This document shows positions 26,355-49,124 of a stretch of 64,000 nt of DNA, one piece after another; position 1 is the stretch's first letter; each line of letters starts with the position of its first letter. The notes under the pieces were generated by a model. The model saw only the letters and a program-made list of their open reading frames with translations. It searched no databases and was not told the DNA's origin. Source of the DNA: Amoebidium appalachense (Eukaryota > Protista > Ichthyosporea); the NCBI GenBank assembly GCA_963693365.1, contig CAVNZM010000002.1:16401615-16465614 (forward strand), written 5' to 3'. The translations under genes were made by a program, and so were the position numbers.

Positions 26355-27769
26355 ATATGCTAAAATATCGGAGATATCCCCACTATTGTGTGTGGGTCGC
26401 GCGGCGACATGCTAGTCAAGCCCACACTGGGTAAAAATCATTTTTCAAGCTCTTATTTCCTTTACTTCAACTGTATTTTTCTTTTTCGTTTTTCAGGGGG
26501 AACGGCACGGAAGAACGGTTTCGTGTCAAGAACTTGTGACATTTAGCAATAACCTGTACGGACCGTTTTGTGGCTGGAAGGATTCGAAGAATTGTATCTA
26601 CCTGTAATGTTTTTGTTTAGGATTGGAAATAAACAATATCAATAAGATACTTGCCGTTGGATTGTGAGTGATAATCGATATCCTAAGTGTGTCTATGTGC
26701 AGCAGACCGGAATTCGGCACGTGTGTGGACGCAAGCAGGGGAGATGTTGAGCGCACCCACGCACCCACGATCACGCACATACACGCACACACACACACAC
26801 ACATGCACATGCACACACATGTACATTGTTCACTACATACAAACACACCAGTGTGCACGCTGTTAAACACGTGTATCTGCGTATTTACATGCGGAATTTA
26901 CATGATGATGCAGTGTCGTGCACACCTGTCATTTTTATTCCACGAATTCACAACGCAGAGTCGTCAAACATCTGGTTTTTGACAATAGTGCTATAACCAC
27001 TGTGAGTTAGTACTACACAGAGTGTGTGTGTGTGTGCCCGCGCGCGCCCGTGCCTGCGCCGCAATTCACTTTGTGTGTGGTGATGGTCGTAGTAAATTTT
27101 TTTTTTTGGGGGGGGGGGGAGAAGGAAGGGGGGGGGGGGGGGGGCTCGAGTGACTAGTACTTGGAGTGAGCATGCGCATCGCGAGACGCGCCATTGGGCA
27201 TAGCCGGTGTTTGTCCCCACGCGTACGGCCGAGATGCATGCTCGCCTCGCGACCGACCTCATCGTGCATTGCGCATGCATGACCACCTGGACATGTATCT
27301 CGAGAGAATTCCCCCACGTGCACACATCCCTCGAGATCCCCCCAAGAGTTCTTCGAACGTTAACTCACTTGGATCGTCTTGCGCAACGCCCGGTATGGCT
27401 TGCACGTTAACCCGTTCCCTACCTATAGCTATAGCTAACCGTTGGCTATGGCTCGACACCCTCCCGAAGTTTTGGATTGCGAACTCACAAACATGCCTAC
27501 GCGTACGTTTACAGCCTGTTCGAATCCCCCATTCCTTGTCGACCCCAGGCTGCAGCTAGTGCCTGTGAGACTATCGAGCTCCGGCCCCGTGTCCTTATAT
27601 CCAACGCTCCAAAACTCCTTGAAGATCTCGACCGAACGGTACAGAGGTTATTATTAGCTTCAACTAAACAGGTGACACCGTGGTGGGCTTATAAATTGGG
27701 GGGTTTTACCACAAAAAACATTGTTACAGTGATGACGGTGGTGCACGGTGGTGGTGGTGGTGTGTGTGT

Positions 27770-27822
<53 letters not shown>

Positions 27823-28014
27823 ACATTCGGAAATTTGGGTATCTGTGGAGATTAAGAGAAGCGGAGGGTGGGTGCGGGAAACAACACGTAAACAAGTTGA
27901 AAGCAAGGAAAACCCAACAGTGAACACAAGTGCCACAGGCTACATATCGGGTGCAACCCGGGGGTGGGCATTTATTTGTTTGGGGTGGCTGGCTTGGCTG
28001 GTGGGTAGACACGA

Positions 28015-36879
<8,865 letters not shown>

Positions 36880-37924
36880 CTCTCTTATGCCTTCCTCTCC
36901 CCCACTAAGGGAATATGGTGCTTGGAAAGGGATAAGAGGGGAGAGAGCGCAGGGTTGGTTCGGAAACGAGGCTTCAGGCACAAAACGAGTCTTTTTGGCG
37001 GAGAGCCAGGGGGAGGGAGGGAAATTCGGGCCGGGCGTGGGTGGTTCGAAAAGGCGAGATTGGGTCGACCCGAATGCCCTAAATGGTCATTATGCCGGCA
37101 TAACGTGCAGGCTAAAAGGAAGGAAAGAATACGATACACCCTGCACAAGCCCGTGCAGCTTCCCGCTGCACCTGGGATTGATCCACATCATGTAAAAATG
37201 ACATATATATGGGCATTTTTGAGTTCTAGTAATGTATTTAGCTGAAATTTATGTGCTAGCAGCGTGGCTACATTTATTAACCCTGCAAGCATAATCGGTT
37301 CTGTATGCCGAATTTGCCAAAAATAGATTTGGGCGGAATTTCAAAATTCAAATTCGTGAGCCGTTGCCGGCAGCCTTGATCTTGACACTACAATAGTTAG
37401 TTGAGCCATATATGGGAAGTTACAAATCCGCCTACATATATATAGAAAATCCTGAGTGTGTTGGCTATTTTCAGATACTTTCTAGCAATTTTATAAGTAA
37501 AGTGATATGGATATCTGACAATGGAATTCATCCAGTACAGTAAGAAATCTTCTGGCCGAAGCCTGACTAAGTGACAAAAGATCTGCATAGATTGGGGCAA
37601 CTCACCCTTTAGACTGAAGAATTGCGAGGCAGGCCAAATAATTGTGTATGGAAGGGGAGCTGAGACTAATATTGGTTCATGTTCCAGCATTCAGAGGAAC
37701 TTTCCGCAACATATAACACGCGCTGTTTGCACTTTGGACGTCTTGGATCCCTCCGGCTTGTTTTATCTGTCTGTTGGCAAGGAGAGAGGGTTTATATGCG
37801 AGGAGGCATCTTTCTTAGGTGTACACAGGATCTGTAAGCAAAATTATGGGCTTGGGCTAGTAGGTGAGCTCGAAACAAACAAACCTTCCGGACATCCGCG
37901 CTGCCAATTGTGCAGCTTTTCGTT

Positions 37925-39126
37925 ATGGAGGAGGCAGAAAAGCGCATCCTTCAAAATGTGGCAGAGTTCGCCGCGTTTTGCGGTTTTGTGGGCATACTAT
38001 CAGGTGAGCCTTTTTTTAAATTTGTTTCAAGAGCAGCGTTTTGGAATTAAAGCTTCCTTTGCAGTTCACCTTCTTCTGCACGATTTTGGGCTGGGCAGCA
38101 GGTTATCTTAGGCAGGGTTGATCGTGTGAGACGCACATGTCACTGAAAGATTTAATGCGCAGGCGTTGCCGGGCTGTGTCCCGAGTTGGTGAAAGGGGAT
38201 GAAGCTCCACAAACGCTGCTGCTTGTTGCACAGGTATGTCAGTACTTATTCGTTCTTGCACCTGGTCCTGTCTTCACTTATTGGCTACACACAGTGGTTT
38301 CACTCGCGGCAGTGCTATCCGTATCATGGAGCCAAGCAAAAGGCTCACCTTACTCCTCATTCTTTGTTGCTGTGTTGCCTCCACACCTCCCCTCCCCCCT
38401 TCTTTCCCCTGTTCCTGTCCTCCTCTTCCCCCCTTTCAGCTACCGGCTAGTACTACCCTCGAATTCTCCACACTTTGTCTCCCGCACTATGTCTTTGTTA
38501 CCTCTGGCGTCTTGGTTTCATGGATTATTTTCTTTTTGGGTGTTTGCACCTCACTCCTAACCAGCTATTCCCGAGCTTTTACATACCCCCTGCTGCTGGC
38601 TCGTAACCTCAGCAGCCTCCCCTCCCCCCCCCCCCCCCCCCCCCCCCCCCGCACACACACACACAGGTGTGCTCTCTCTTTCTCTTCGACTCCTGCTGTT
38701 CTTTTCTCTGTCTCCGTATTTTCACTTTTTCCTTCTCCCTCCCTTTTCTCCACTTGATAGTGACTTCCTCTTTTTCCATAGAGTCCTCTGTGCCAACTCC
38801 CCCCTCCCCCACCCCCCCACCCCCTCCCCCCCTCCTGGAGGACACACACACACAAACAGGCATACACAGACACGAAAGCTCTTGTGTGCTCTTGTTCTGG
38901 TATTTAGAGTGCCATGTATATGCCCCACACACATAGGATGACAGCACCTCCCAGCAATGCCCACCCAATCACCCCAAAAAGTGATTGCACATCTTTTTGT
39001 GAACGAGTTTCTGTGTGTGTTTCCGTGAGAGTGAGAGGGGGGGGGGGGGAGGGGAGGGGGGAGTAAATGTGTGTATGTGTGTGTGTTTCCGTGAGTAAGT
39101 TTGTGTGTGTGTGTGTGTGTGTCCGT

Positions 39127-39181
<55 letters not shown>

Positions 39182-40158
39182 GAGGGGAAGGGGGAGGGGG
39201 GAGGGGGGATGGAGGGCCTAGAGCAAGGGGTGGGGAGGGACAGAGAGAGGGGGATGGGGGGGAATAAAGAGAGAGGGAGATAGAAAGAGTGGTTTTTTCT
39301 ACATCATAACTTTCCGTTTGTTTAGTTGAGCAGGGATCCTGTGAGGGTGGGGTTGTCTCATCACACATCTAGGTTCTGTTTCTTACCCCATCCACACCTC
39401 CCCTTCCCTTCCTTCTTCCAACCCTCCTCGCCCCCCCTCCCCCTCCCCCCCCCCCCACCCTACCCCATCCTCCCCACCCCACCCCCACCTCTCCCACCCT
39501 CCCCTCTTCCCCCTCCCCTCTCTCTCCGACCATTTCACCTTGCAATGCAGGTTCACCGTGTGCTTCGTGATGGGCAATGGGAGGAACTACGAGCAACCCT
39601 GCCTGTGTTTGAGCTCATACCAACCACCGTGGAGTTGGATGGGGATATGCTCGAGCAGCATAGCGCACTGGTGTTGGACTTCAAAACGGAGGTGGGTGTT
39701 TGTTTGTGTTTGGGGGGGGTGGAGGGGGGGGGATATGGGTGGGTGGGGGTGGGGGTTTAAAGGGGGGGGGGGGGGGGTGGATGGGTGGGCTGGGGTGCGG
39801 GGGGGTGATGGGAGGTGGGGGGGGAGGGGGTGGGGGGGAGTGTGGGGCTGGGTTGGTAGGTGGGTGGGTGGGGGGGTGGGGGGGGGGGGGGGGGGGGGGT
39901 GCTTGGGTGGGTGAGTTTGGGTTCGTGGGTGGGTGGGGGGGGGGGGGGGGGGGTTGTTGGTGGGTGGGTAGGTGGGTAGGTGGGTGGGTGGGTGGGTGGG
40001 AGGGTGGCATTGGTTGGGAATCGGTGGGGATAGGGGGCGTGGTGGTGGGTGGGATGTGTGTGTGTGTGTGTGTGTGCGTGTGCGTGTGCGTGTGCGCGCG
40101 TGTGTGTACATGTTTTTGTGTGTGCTTTTGTACCGGACATCAAAATGGAGGTGGTGTA

Positions 40159-40200
<42 letters not shown>

Positions 40201-41233
40201 CTGTTGTTGTCAGAATGTAAGTGTGTGTGCGCGCGCTCTGGTGCTGCATACCTGTGCGCTTGGGGTGGTTTGGACGTTGGTTAAAAATGTGTGCTCACTT
40301 GAAAGCGTGTGTGGATGTATGGTTATGCAGCCCTGTTTGCGTCTGTACTTGTGTCAGTTTCTGTGGGTGTGGGTGCAGTCACTCTTGCCTTTGTTTGGGA
40401 CGGGAGAGGGGATGGGGTTGGGAGGGAAAGGGTATTGGGGCAATAGGATGATGGTGGGGTGGGTGGGCAGGCGGGGCGGGGCGGGTGGGTGGGTGGTAGG
40501 GAGGGGAGAAGGGGGGAGGGGGGGGGGGGGAGGGGGATGCGGAGTGGATGAGTGGTTGAAAGGCCCAGATCCAGCCATGAGTGTATTTTTGTTTTTGAAA
40601 GAGGGGGGAGGGGGGTATCTAAAGGGTGTGGGTGGATTGCAGGTGGTTCTGCAGTCTCTGCGCACACGGCCACACAATGACATTGCCACGTTCACATGCA
40701 TCAACGCTATGTTCCCTCGCACACAGCCCAAGTTGGCAGACCACAGGAAACGCATGACGGTGGGTGAAATTTTGCTCCTTACATTTTGTTTCCTTATCTT
40801 GTTGTTAGCCCTGAATAATAATCATTGTGTTATGGTCTATGTCGGCCTTTGGGGGCAGGACATCATGCTTACGTCAAATTGACGTCGAGTGCTGACGTCA
40901 CCGAGCGGCTCACGGAAGGTCTATACGGTATATTGATAAAATCGAGCGCACTGATTGGTTTTTGTCATATATGGCATGACGATTTCTTGGGAATCGACAT
41001 ACAAGGAGAGTTGCATGCATGCATTTGAGAAATGCCGACATAGACGTCAATTGGAGGTGTTTGCTCCATTGAGTGCCCGTTAGTGTCACGGCTTTTTGAT
41101 GCTCTCTCTGTTCCCATCTATCCTACTTCTTAACTGGAGAGAACGTACCTTTGAAAGCACTCATGTGGTCGTTTTCTAACCCTAATCAACCACACGTTTT
41201 TTCTGTCTAATTTCGACTACATGAACAACTATG

Positions 41234-41275
<42 letters not shown>

Positions 41276-41467
41276 ACCACCACCACCACATACCAACTGA
41301 TCCACTTGCCCACCGCCTTCGCCCCTCCCATGCCCTTCTCACCCGGTCGTGCGTTTCCAATCTCACTCTTTTTCTTGACTCTTTTCTCCATCTTATCTCC
41401 CCTTCCCCATTCCTTTCCTTTTTCCCCCAACCCAGGGACCTGTACCTCCTCCCCGTCCTCACTGCCT

Positions 41468-41498
<31 letters not shown>

Positions 41499-41793
41499 CC
41501 CGGGAATCCCTCTCTCTCCCCCGGCCATTTATTTTCTTTTTTTTTGTTTTTTTTTCTTTCTTTTTTTTCTCTTCACGCTTTCCCCCTTCATACCTCACCC
41601 TTTTTTGCTTTTTAACCTCAGGACCTGTACCTGCATGTTGAGCGCAAGAAGGCGTACCTTCGAGACCGAGCAGACAGCAGCAGGGGCAGGTTCAGAAAGG
41701 ACACACTGCTGTGGCTGCACAGAGTGAGGTTGATGCATGGGCCATGCGCTATCAATAAGGTGTGTGGGGGGGTTGGTGTGTGTGTGTGTGTTT

Positions 41794-41842
<49 letters not shown>

Positions 41843-42822
41843 GTGGGTATGTCGGGTTTTGGCGGGTGGGGCTTTTGGGGTTTCTTGTGTGTGTATGGGT
41901 GGGTGGGTGCCACTGGGTGTGTGGGGGCGGGTGGGTGTGTGAGTGTGGGCAAGTGGGTGTGGGTGGGTGGGTGGGTGGACGAGTCTGTGTTGGTGTGTTG
42001 GGTGTCGGTGTAGGTGGGTGGGTAGGTGTGCTGCACGATCACGTTGGGTGTTGGGTGTTTGGGCGGGGGAGGTGGGGCAGGAGGAGAGATACGGTAGTGT
42101 GGGGAAGGTAGCAACAACTTGAGGACCCTTGCGGATATCCCTTTTTCCCTCCTCCTGCCCCTTTGCAACAGCACCCAAAGGCATTTTTCAGACGTGGAAG
42201 GCGTTCCCACATACGTGGCTGCATGTGCACTCACACACCACACACTCCGTACTTGGCATATCGGAAGCTAATCCCCCCCTCCCCTCCCCTCCCCCTCCCC
42301 TTCTCCTTACCGGAATCCCGGTAATGCCCCTTTCCAAGTCTGTGGGGATGAAAGGGATTGAGATTATTCCAGGAAGAACGGAATAGTGCACAGACATTTT
42401 GGTGATGGGTCATGTATGCATGGGCCCGGACTGTAACTCGTGCACATCACAACTCTTGCACTCTCTCAACACCACATTGCCTCCCTATTTTTTTCAACGT
42501 TTCAACGCCAGTTCTTCTTTGCTTGCCCATCATTTCCCCTCACACTTTTTCTACCTGACACACCCAGTCATTGTGCAATCTCGACCCCCCCCCCCCCCCA
42601 CCCACCCCCCCACCCACCCAACCACCCACCCCCCCACCCACCCAACCACCACGACCACGACCACGACGACCCTCTGCCGCAGAAACTGACGCTCGTGCAC
42701 ACACACACACACATGCACACACGCGCGTGCACGCGCGCCTCTTGCGCACTCATCCACACACACACACGTAGGCACATACACCTCCATTACCACCCTCTCA
42801 CACGTACACGTGTGCGCACACG

Positions 42823-42901
<79 letters not shown>

Positions 42902-45859
42902 TGTGGAAGTAATAGAAGCTGTTAGAAGGCGACTGGAACCACCATTCAATCAAACACCCCCGTCCCCACCATCAGCACCTACCAGTGCACATGGGGACCA
43001 ATCAAATCAACCACAACCTCTCGTCCGGGAATCACCTGATACCAATGCCCACCCAACAACAAATGTACGACCGGAAATCCGTGTACAGCAATCAGAAAAC
43101 CCCCTTCGGGAGGAGGAATATCACCGATCAACAAATGAGCAAACAGGAAAACAACCTCACCCTACAAAAACCCCCCTGCGGGAATTTTCAAGTGCCCTTC
43201 CCCAGACGGGGCCAAGCGGGGCGGTTGGTTACGCGGGTCGAAGAGACCCCCCAGTCTCCCGAGTCGGAATTTACCGGTGTGGGCGCCAGAGTGGCAGTCA
43301 TGAACATGCAAGGTGTGAGGCCCTTTGAAGTGCATATATCTGGTTGTGTGTGTGCGTCACCTACCTGTGTGGGTCTGGTTTTCTCGGATTCTTATGATTC
43401 CATTAGCTACATTTGTGGTTAAACGTGTAACTTAATAATGTAGTCTTTCAGTCACTCCACAAGTGAAAAACAAGCCAACACCACACTAAGATTTCATAGG
43501 TGTACTACTACACTTGCTGTCACCCCGGGCCACAGGGGGGCGCGGGGAGAGGGGGGGGGGGGGGTTGATTTGCGATAAGCATGTGTGAACGCAGGTAGGC
43601 AAAGGGACCATAGCCATGCACACGGGGTCATTTCGTGCGTTTTATTTGCTGCAAACACGGTGCACACGTGCCTGGTTTCTGCCAGCCACTGACTCTCTAT
43701 TGGCCACAGCATCCTCCACGGCTGCTCCTCAGCCCCTCCGACCCAGCCAACGACCAACAGCCGTGGACTTGTTTGGTATCTTGCCCCTCCCCACACACCA
43801 TACACCAACACCAACCCTAATTCGAAGCTTTTCGTAGTTAATGTTACTCCTCCCATCTTCTGCTTCTTGTTTTTCTCCCGACCAAACCGCTATGTAGTAT
43901 GCCACCTATATCTGGGTGTGTGCGTTTGTGTGTGTATGTGTGTGTGTGCGCGCGCGCGCACGCGCGCGTGTGTGCGTGTGTGTGTGTGTGTGTCCCATCA
44001 TGAGTAGCATTTGAATACCTTTTGCTTTACCCCAGTTTATAAACAGGGATGTTGAGTCCAAACCTATCTCCAAACGGTGCCGTTGATGGTTTACCAGCCC
44101 CCCTTTTTTGCCCAGCCTACCTCTCTCACTTCTTATTCACAAGGTACGCAAACAAGACACATAGGAAAGTGAGTGAGAGCACACGATTGTGCACATAACA
44201 TCCGAGTTATGCTCGCCTACCCCGGATCTCTTAGAAAATCAATGCACCACCCGCGCGCGCACACACACACACACACCATCACCTACTCACTTCTCATCCT
44301 ACACAGGAACGACAGCAACCACCACGTCCCCCCCACACAGTAGTTCCTTTGACCATGCCCAACGTTCCCCATCATCTGCCGAACAGCAACCCCTTTCCCC
44401 ACCTACACAACCATCAAAGAGAAACGACAATACATCAGAACCCGGCACACCACCCCAAAAGAAGGCACACGGGCAGGCAGAAAATACGGTTAGTGGTCGG
44501 AAAGAATCCGGTTCCAGAGGTGGGAGGGGAAGGAAAGGCACGGGTGAAACACCCCAAAAGACGAGATCGGCAGCAAAATCCGGACCAAAAACCCCGTCAC
44601 GTCCGAGCTCTGCAATGAAACCCACCCACACCCCACAAAGTACCCCCCAACGATACGCACTCAGATCAAAACCGGCAACACCGGTGGGCGTATCGAGTGA
44701 AGAAAGAAGTGGTGCCAAGAAACGAAACAGCACACCAAGGAAGAAACGAAGTAGAACACCAAGCAGACACGGGGGCGGGTTGAATGGGTTGGAGGAAGGG
44801 GAGGAGGGAGAGGGAGGGGAGAGAGCGATACGACCGGTGGCACACATGGAAACGGTACAGGAGGAAGAAGAAACGGTAGAGGGGGAGGGGGAGCCGACGG
44901 AAGAGGAGACCTATCTAACTAGGGCACGAACGAGACTTGCTCACATGGCAAATAGATTGACTCGGCCCGTGAACCCGACCCGATTCGGTAACCGGCCCGG
45001 AACGAATGGTCGGTCTTTGAGGTCTTCTGGTTTGGGTAGGGAGGGTAGAGGGGGTGGAATGATGGAAAGGATAGAAGAGGAAGGGCTGGGGCGGGTGGAG
45101 GAGGGAGGGGAGGAAGAGGAGAGGGAGGTGGAGAGACAAGGGGGGGTGATGGAAGAAGGAGAGGAAGATGGGAATGAGGGTGGAGAACATAACGAGGAAG
45201 GCGGAGAGAATGGAGGGGAAGGGGTAAATTTGGTTCTGTGTGATCAGTGTCGAGAGGAGGAGAGAGCTGCAATCAAGCAGGAACCTGTGGAATACGATGT
45301 TGCAGGGGAGGAAGAGAGGGAATATGGGCAAAACGGAGAGAAAGTTGACAGGAAGGGTGTGTTTGGAGGTAGTGGAAGGGAACGTGGGTCAAGCGTGGAG
45401 ACTGGTGGGTCGGAAAACGGAGGGGGAAAGGAGGGGGGTGATGGGAGCAGGAAGAGAAGACTCACGACAGAGGAAGAGGTGGGAGTTGAACCACCCAAGA
45501 AGAGGAAGAGGGGGAGACCAAGGAAGGAGGAGAGCGGAAAGAAATTGGAGAAACGGAAGGGGGGAAGACAGGGAAGCGAAGGGGGTCGTTCAAGGAGCGA
45601 GGGTGGTTTGGGGCAGGGTGAAGGCGAAGAAAACGGGGCGCAAGATGGTGAAATTTCCGATGAAAATGGGGGGGTTAGGGAAAGAATGGAATACGGTGTT
45701 GAAGAAAACGATAATTTGGGGGGGTCAGAGGGGTTCAATGGATATTTGGGTGTGACTCAGGGGGAACCATCACAGTTGTCTGCCGAGACTGTCTATGTAT
45801 CCCTTGATGATCTAGGGGAGGAGTTGGTACATGCGTTAGGTGGAAGCAACGCTGATTAG
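37925..45859 (+). CDS. Protein with an N-terminal all-helical TIN2/TRFH-like domain and a long disordered tail with AT-hook/NLS; exons 37925-38003, 38163-38233, 39551-39691, 40643-40759, 41622-41723, 42900-~43312, (unresolved 43.3-44.3 kb), 44307-45859
   Basis: First six exons join in phase at GT-AG sites; last exon is a 1.5-kb open frame containing [10 protein letters not shown]; splicing between exon 6 and the last exon not resolved; family call is by-eye similarity. Confidence 0.8.
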
Positions 45860-46392
45860 CGTGTTGTTAGGTGGGCAGATTTGATTGGATATTGAATAGT
45901 GTGGAATGTAGGTGGTATGTCAGTGTTGCGATAACAATGAAACATGGACACGATTATTTGCCTAATCCTTCGACCAGAATATAAATGTGGTGTCTGACGG
46001 TAGCATGTGTGTCTGCCCATATTCATGTAGTTATCGTTTGGACTCCTTTCACTTAGGTTAGCACGGTATTTAAAGAACTTGATGTTGTTATTTTCAAATC
46101 TCGTTGCCTTACATCGTGATGTATACTTCAGATTGTCATTCCTGAATGCCGGGGCTGGGCCGCGACACTATCTCACACATCTTGCATCTTATTTGTTTTA
46201 TCTTCTTTTATTTTCTTTTTTTTTCCCCCATGAACGTGTGTACGGACGTTTCATTGATGCTCGCCAGTGTTCTTGCGTCAGTCAGGCAAACACCTACAAG
46301 AGAGACAACCCTGCTTTAATGGTAACTTTGCAGCCTCACACGTGCCACGATGACTTCCCATGATCACCAAACAAAATCAGCGCACGAACCCC

Positions 46393-46449
<57 letters not shown>

Positions 46450-46820
46450 ACACACACCACCACCACCACCACCACCACCAATCGCAACCAACACATGTTA
46501 GGAACACACACACGTAATGCCACACAGCACACAGTATCACACCCCTTGAGTGGGCCTGCACTTATGCACACCAGACCGTGTCCCAGCGCCAGAATTACGT
46601 TTTTTAATTGTCTCACTATAACCCCCTTCCGCTCCATACAATAGGGAACATGATGGCTCAATCAACATTAGCCAGTTCTTTAGACGTTTTTTTTAGAAAA
46701 TACATCACGTGCACATGCACGTGGGAATTCCCCACTACATTTACAACCATCTATGTATTGAAACCCGAGGAGTCACCGGAAAAAGGCGAGTCTAATTCCT
46801 ATTATTGGTTTGCCCCCCCG

Positions 46821-46861
<41 letters not shown>

Positions 46862-47082
46862 AAAAAGGTGTGTGAGTGTGTTGTGACACCCAACCCGCCC
46901 CCTATAGCGTCTCCCTAGTTTCAAGTAAACGTTAAGAGCCGCCGTGTCCAGCTACATAGTGTGCCCAGGCTACACAGGCACATGTGATTTTCCACCAATC
47001 AACACAACCAGCTTCATTGCCACCCCTTCCCAATCTTCTCCACAGTAAATCACCCCTTCTCCGGAGCTCCGTACAATTTTTT

Positions 47083-48046
47083 TCAATGTGTGCGCTGTAA
47101 AGAACAAGAATTCTCCCCCTCGTCACCCACAACCATAGACTCGGCCAGCAGCTGTTGGGCCGTGGGCCAGGGCTCAAACGGGTCGACCCATCTCCTCCGA
47201 CCCGAATTGAATTGCTCCCATTCCTTATCATTGAGCAAACACTTGCTCAGCTCTGCCGTTATCCCAGCCACATCCATTTCAATTCCGATGAAAACAATCT
47301 CCTGTCGCCGATCCTCATAGGCACCCTCGTAATCGGCCAAGATCGCTTCGATTGAATGCTCTGGCCAATCGGATCGTGGAATTTCAGACATCCATGGGCC
47401 CCCACACTCATATGACAGAATCACACCGGCCTGGGACCACTCTCCGTACGTGGAATTTCGACTCGGGAGCCATGTAAATCCCTTTGATCGAAGAACACCG
47501 CGGAAGGGTCCGGCATTTTTCGCGGCGACACGCTTCCGGCGCCAGAGCTCTGCGAATTTATGGTCAGCCAATAGTACGGGGCGCCACCACAGTATGAGGC
47601 ATGCTTTGCTGTTCGTAATTGGGATAGGTGTACCCGAATTAAAGGTTCAAAGGCTTCAAACGGACGTTCAATCTAGAGGACCTGGTTACACACTGCGCAT
47701 GCGCAATAATTACGCAGCAACATCCTTTAACTTATATGCAGGCCAGGCAAGGGGATTGTATCAAACCCCGCTGAGTACTTCCAACTTGAAAGTAACAAGG
47801 GCTGGGAGAGGAGCAAACCTCACAATTATGTATCACAGTTGTAAGGTAGTTATCTTGACCGTCGAAAAGATGTGCCGCAAGAGGCTTTGCTAAGCATCTT
47901 AGAGATCATCATTTTTGGGACAAGGGAGCTCAACGGGAAATCCGTCTATGATTGAACATGTGCACCTAGCTAAACTTGCTAGGACTTTTATTTGAGTGTG
48001 TGTGGGGGGGGGGGAGGGGTTGGTATGTGTGTGTATGTGTGTGTGT

Positions 48047-48085
<39 letters not shown>

Positions 48086-48196
48086 CTAAAATGCAGGTGG
48101 AGTAGCATCCTGCACAAGAGAGCTGCCAGTGCATTGCTTTTCTATGCTCTTCTTTTCTTTCTTCTTTCTTCTTTTTTTTTTTTTTTTTTTTTTTTT

Positions 48197-48236
<40 letters not shown>

Positions 48237-49070
48237 GGGCATTCTTACCCCTCTGTTCGTCATCCATGCCCATCATATTGGCAACTTCTTCCTCGTTCTC
48301 ATCATCCTCTACCTCGCTCATAGCTTCGTACTCCTCATTATCCTCCCCGTTGGAATCGACGTCCATTCCGGATCCCTCGTCATTGTCATCCTCATCCTCG
48401 TTCGTATCTTCTTCGTTTCCTTCTTTAGGCTCTGAATACTCTTCCAGGATGAAGTTGTCCTGCAAGGGTGCAATGGGAGGTGAGCCATTTCATAAAAGAG
48501 ATCCACATTTGTGTGCGGTGCATCAGAGGGGGAAAAAAAGAATTTGCTTAAGAAACAACTTCCTAAAAAAGAAGAGACTGATTAATACTCCTGCATATAT
48601 TGGCATCAAGCGAGGGGCAACAGCAACGTGAACCGTTTCGAACACCATAAAAACACAGTATAGGTTTATTAGTGTTTTTATAGTAACCATTTTAGGCTCA
48701 TCAATTATTATGATATTATGTTTAACCATATTAAGGTCATTGTTGTTCTAAATTTCCGCAGGTTAACCATATTGGGGTTGCATACCACAATCAGCTTTCC
48801 CAGCCTGTCGGGGTGGAAGGGTCTTCTTGCCCGATAGACAAAGTGACCGACCCCGTACTCTGCTGTTTCGGGGGTGTGGGGCTCGGTGAGTGATTTGAGC
48901 CAGCCGGGGGCCTTGGAGGCCTTTTCCATGTCGAACCGGCCGGTGCCCATGATGCTATTGAGGTCGACCTGGTGGTGGTTTTGGGGGTCAGAGACTCATT
49001 TCGGAGGAAATTTATTTTGCTTATTCCCTCCCGTGTTTCCTTTTTTTCTTTCTTTTTCTTTTTTTGCCTT

Positions 49071-49124
<54 letters not shown>

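Noticed and set aside
27140-27690. Unique CpG-rich stretch between H4 and NDUFS3 3' ends as a gene or LTR
   Set aside because: No recognisable protein motif, splice pattern, terminal repeat or TSD
40860-41060. Intronic cluster of TGACGTCA/GACGTC and ATTGG motifs as an internal promoter
   Set aside because: No downstream start or second copy to support function; cannot be told from a repeat fragment
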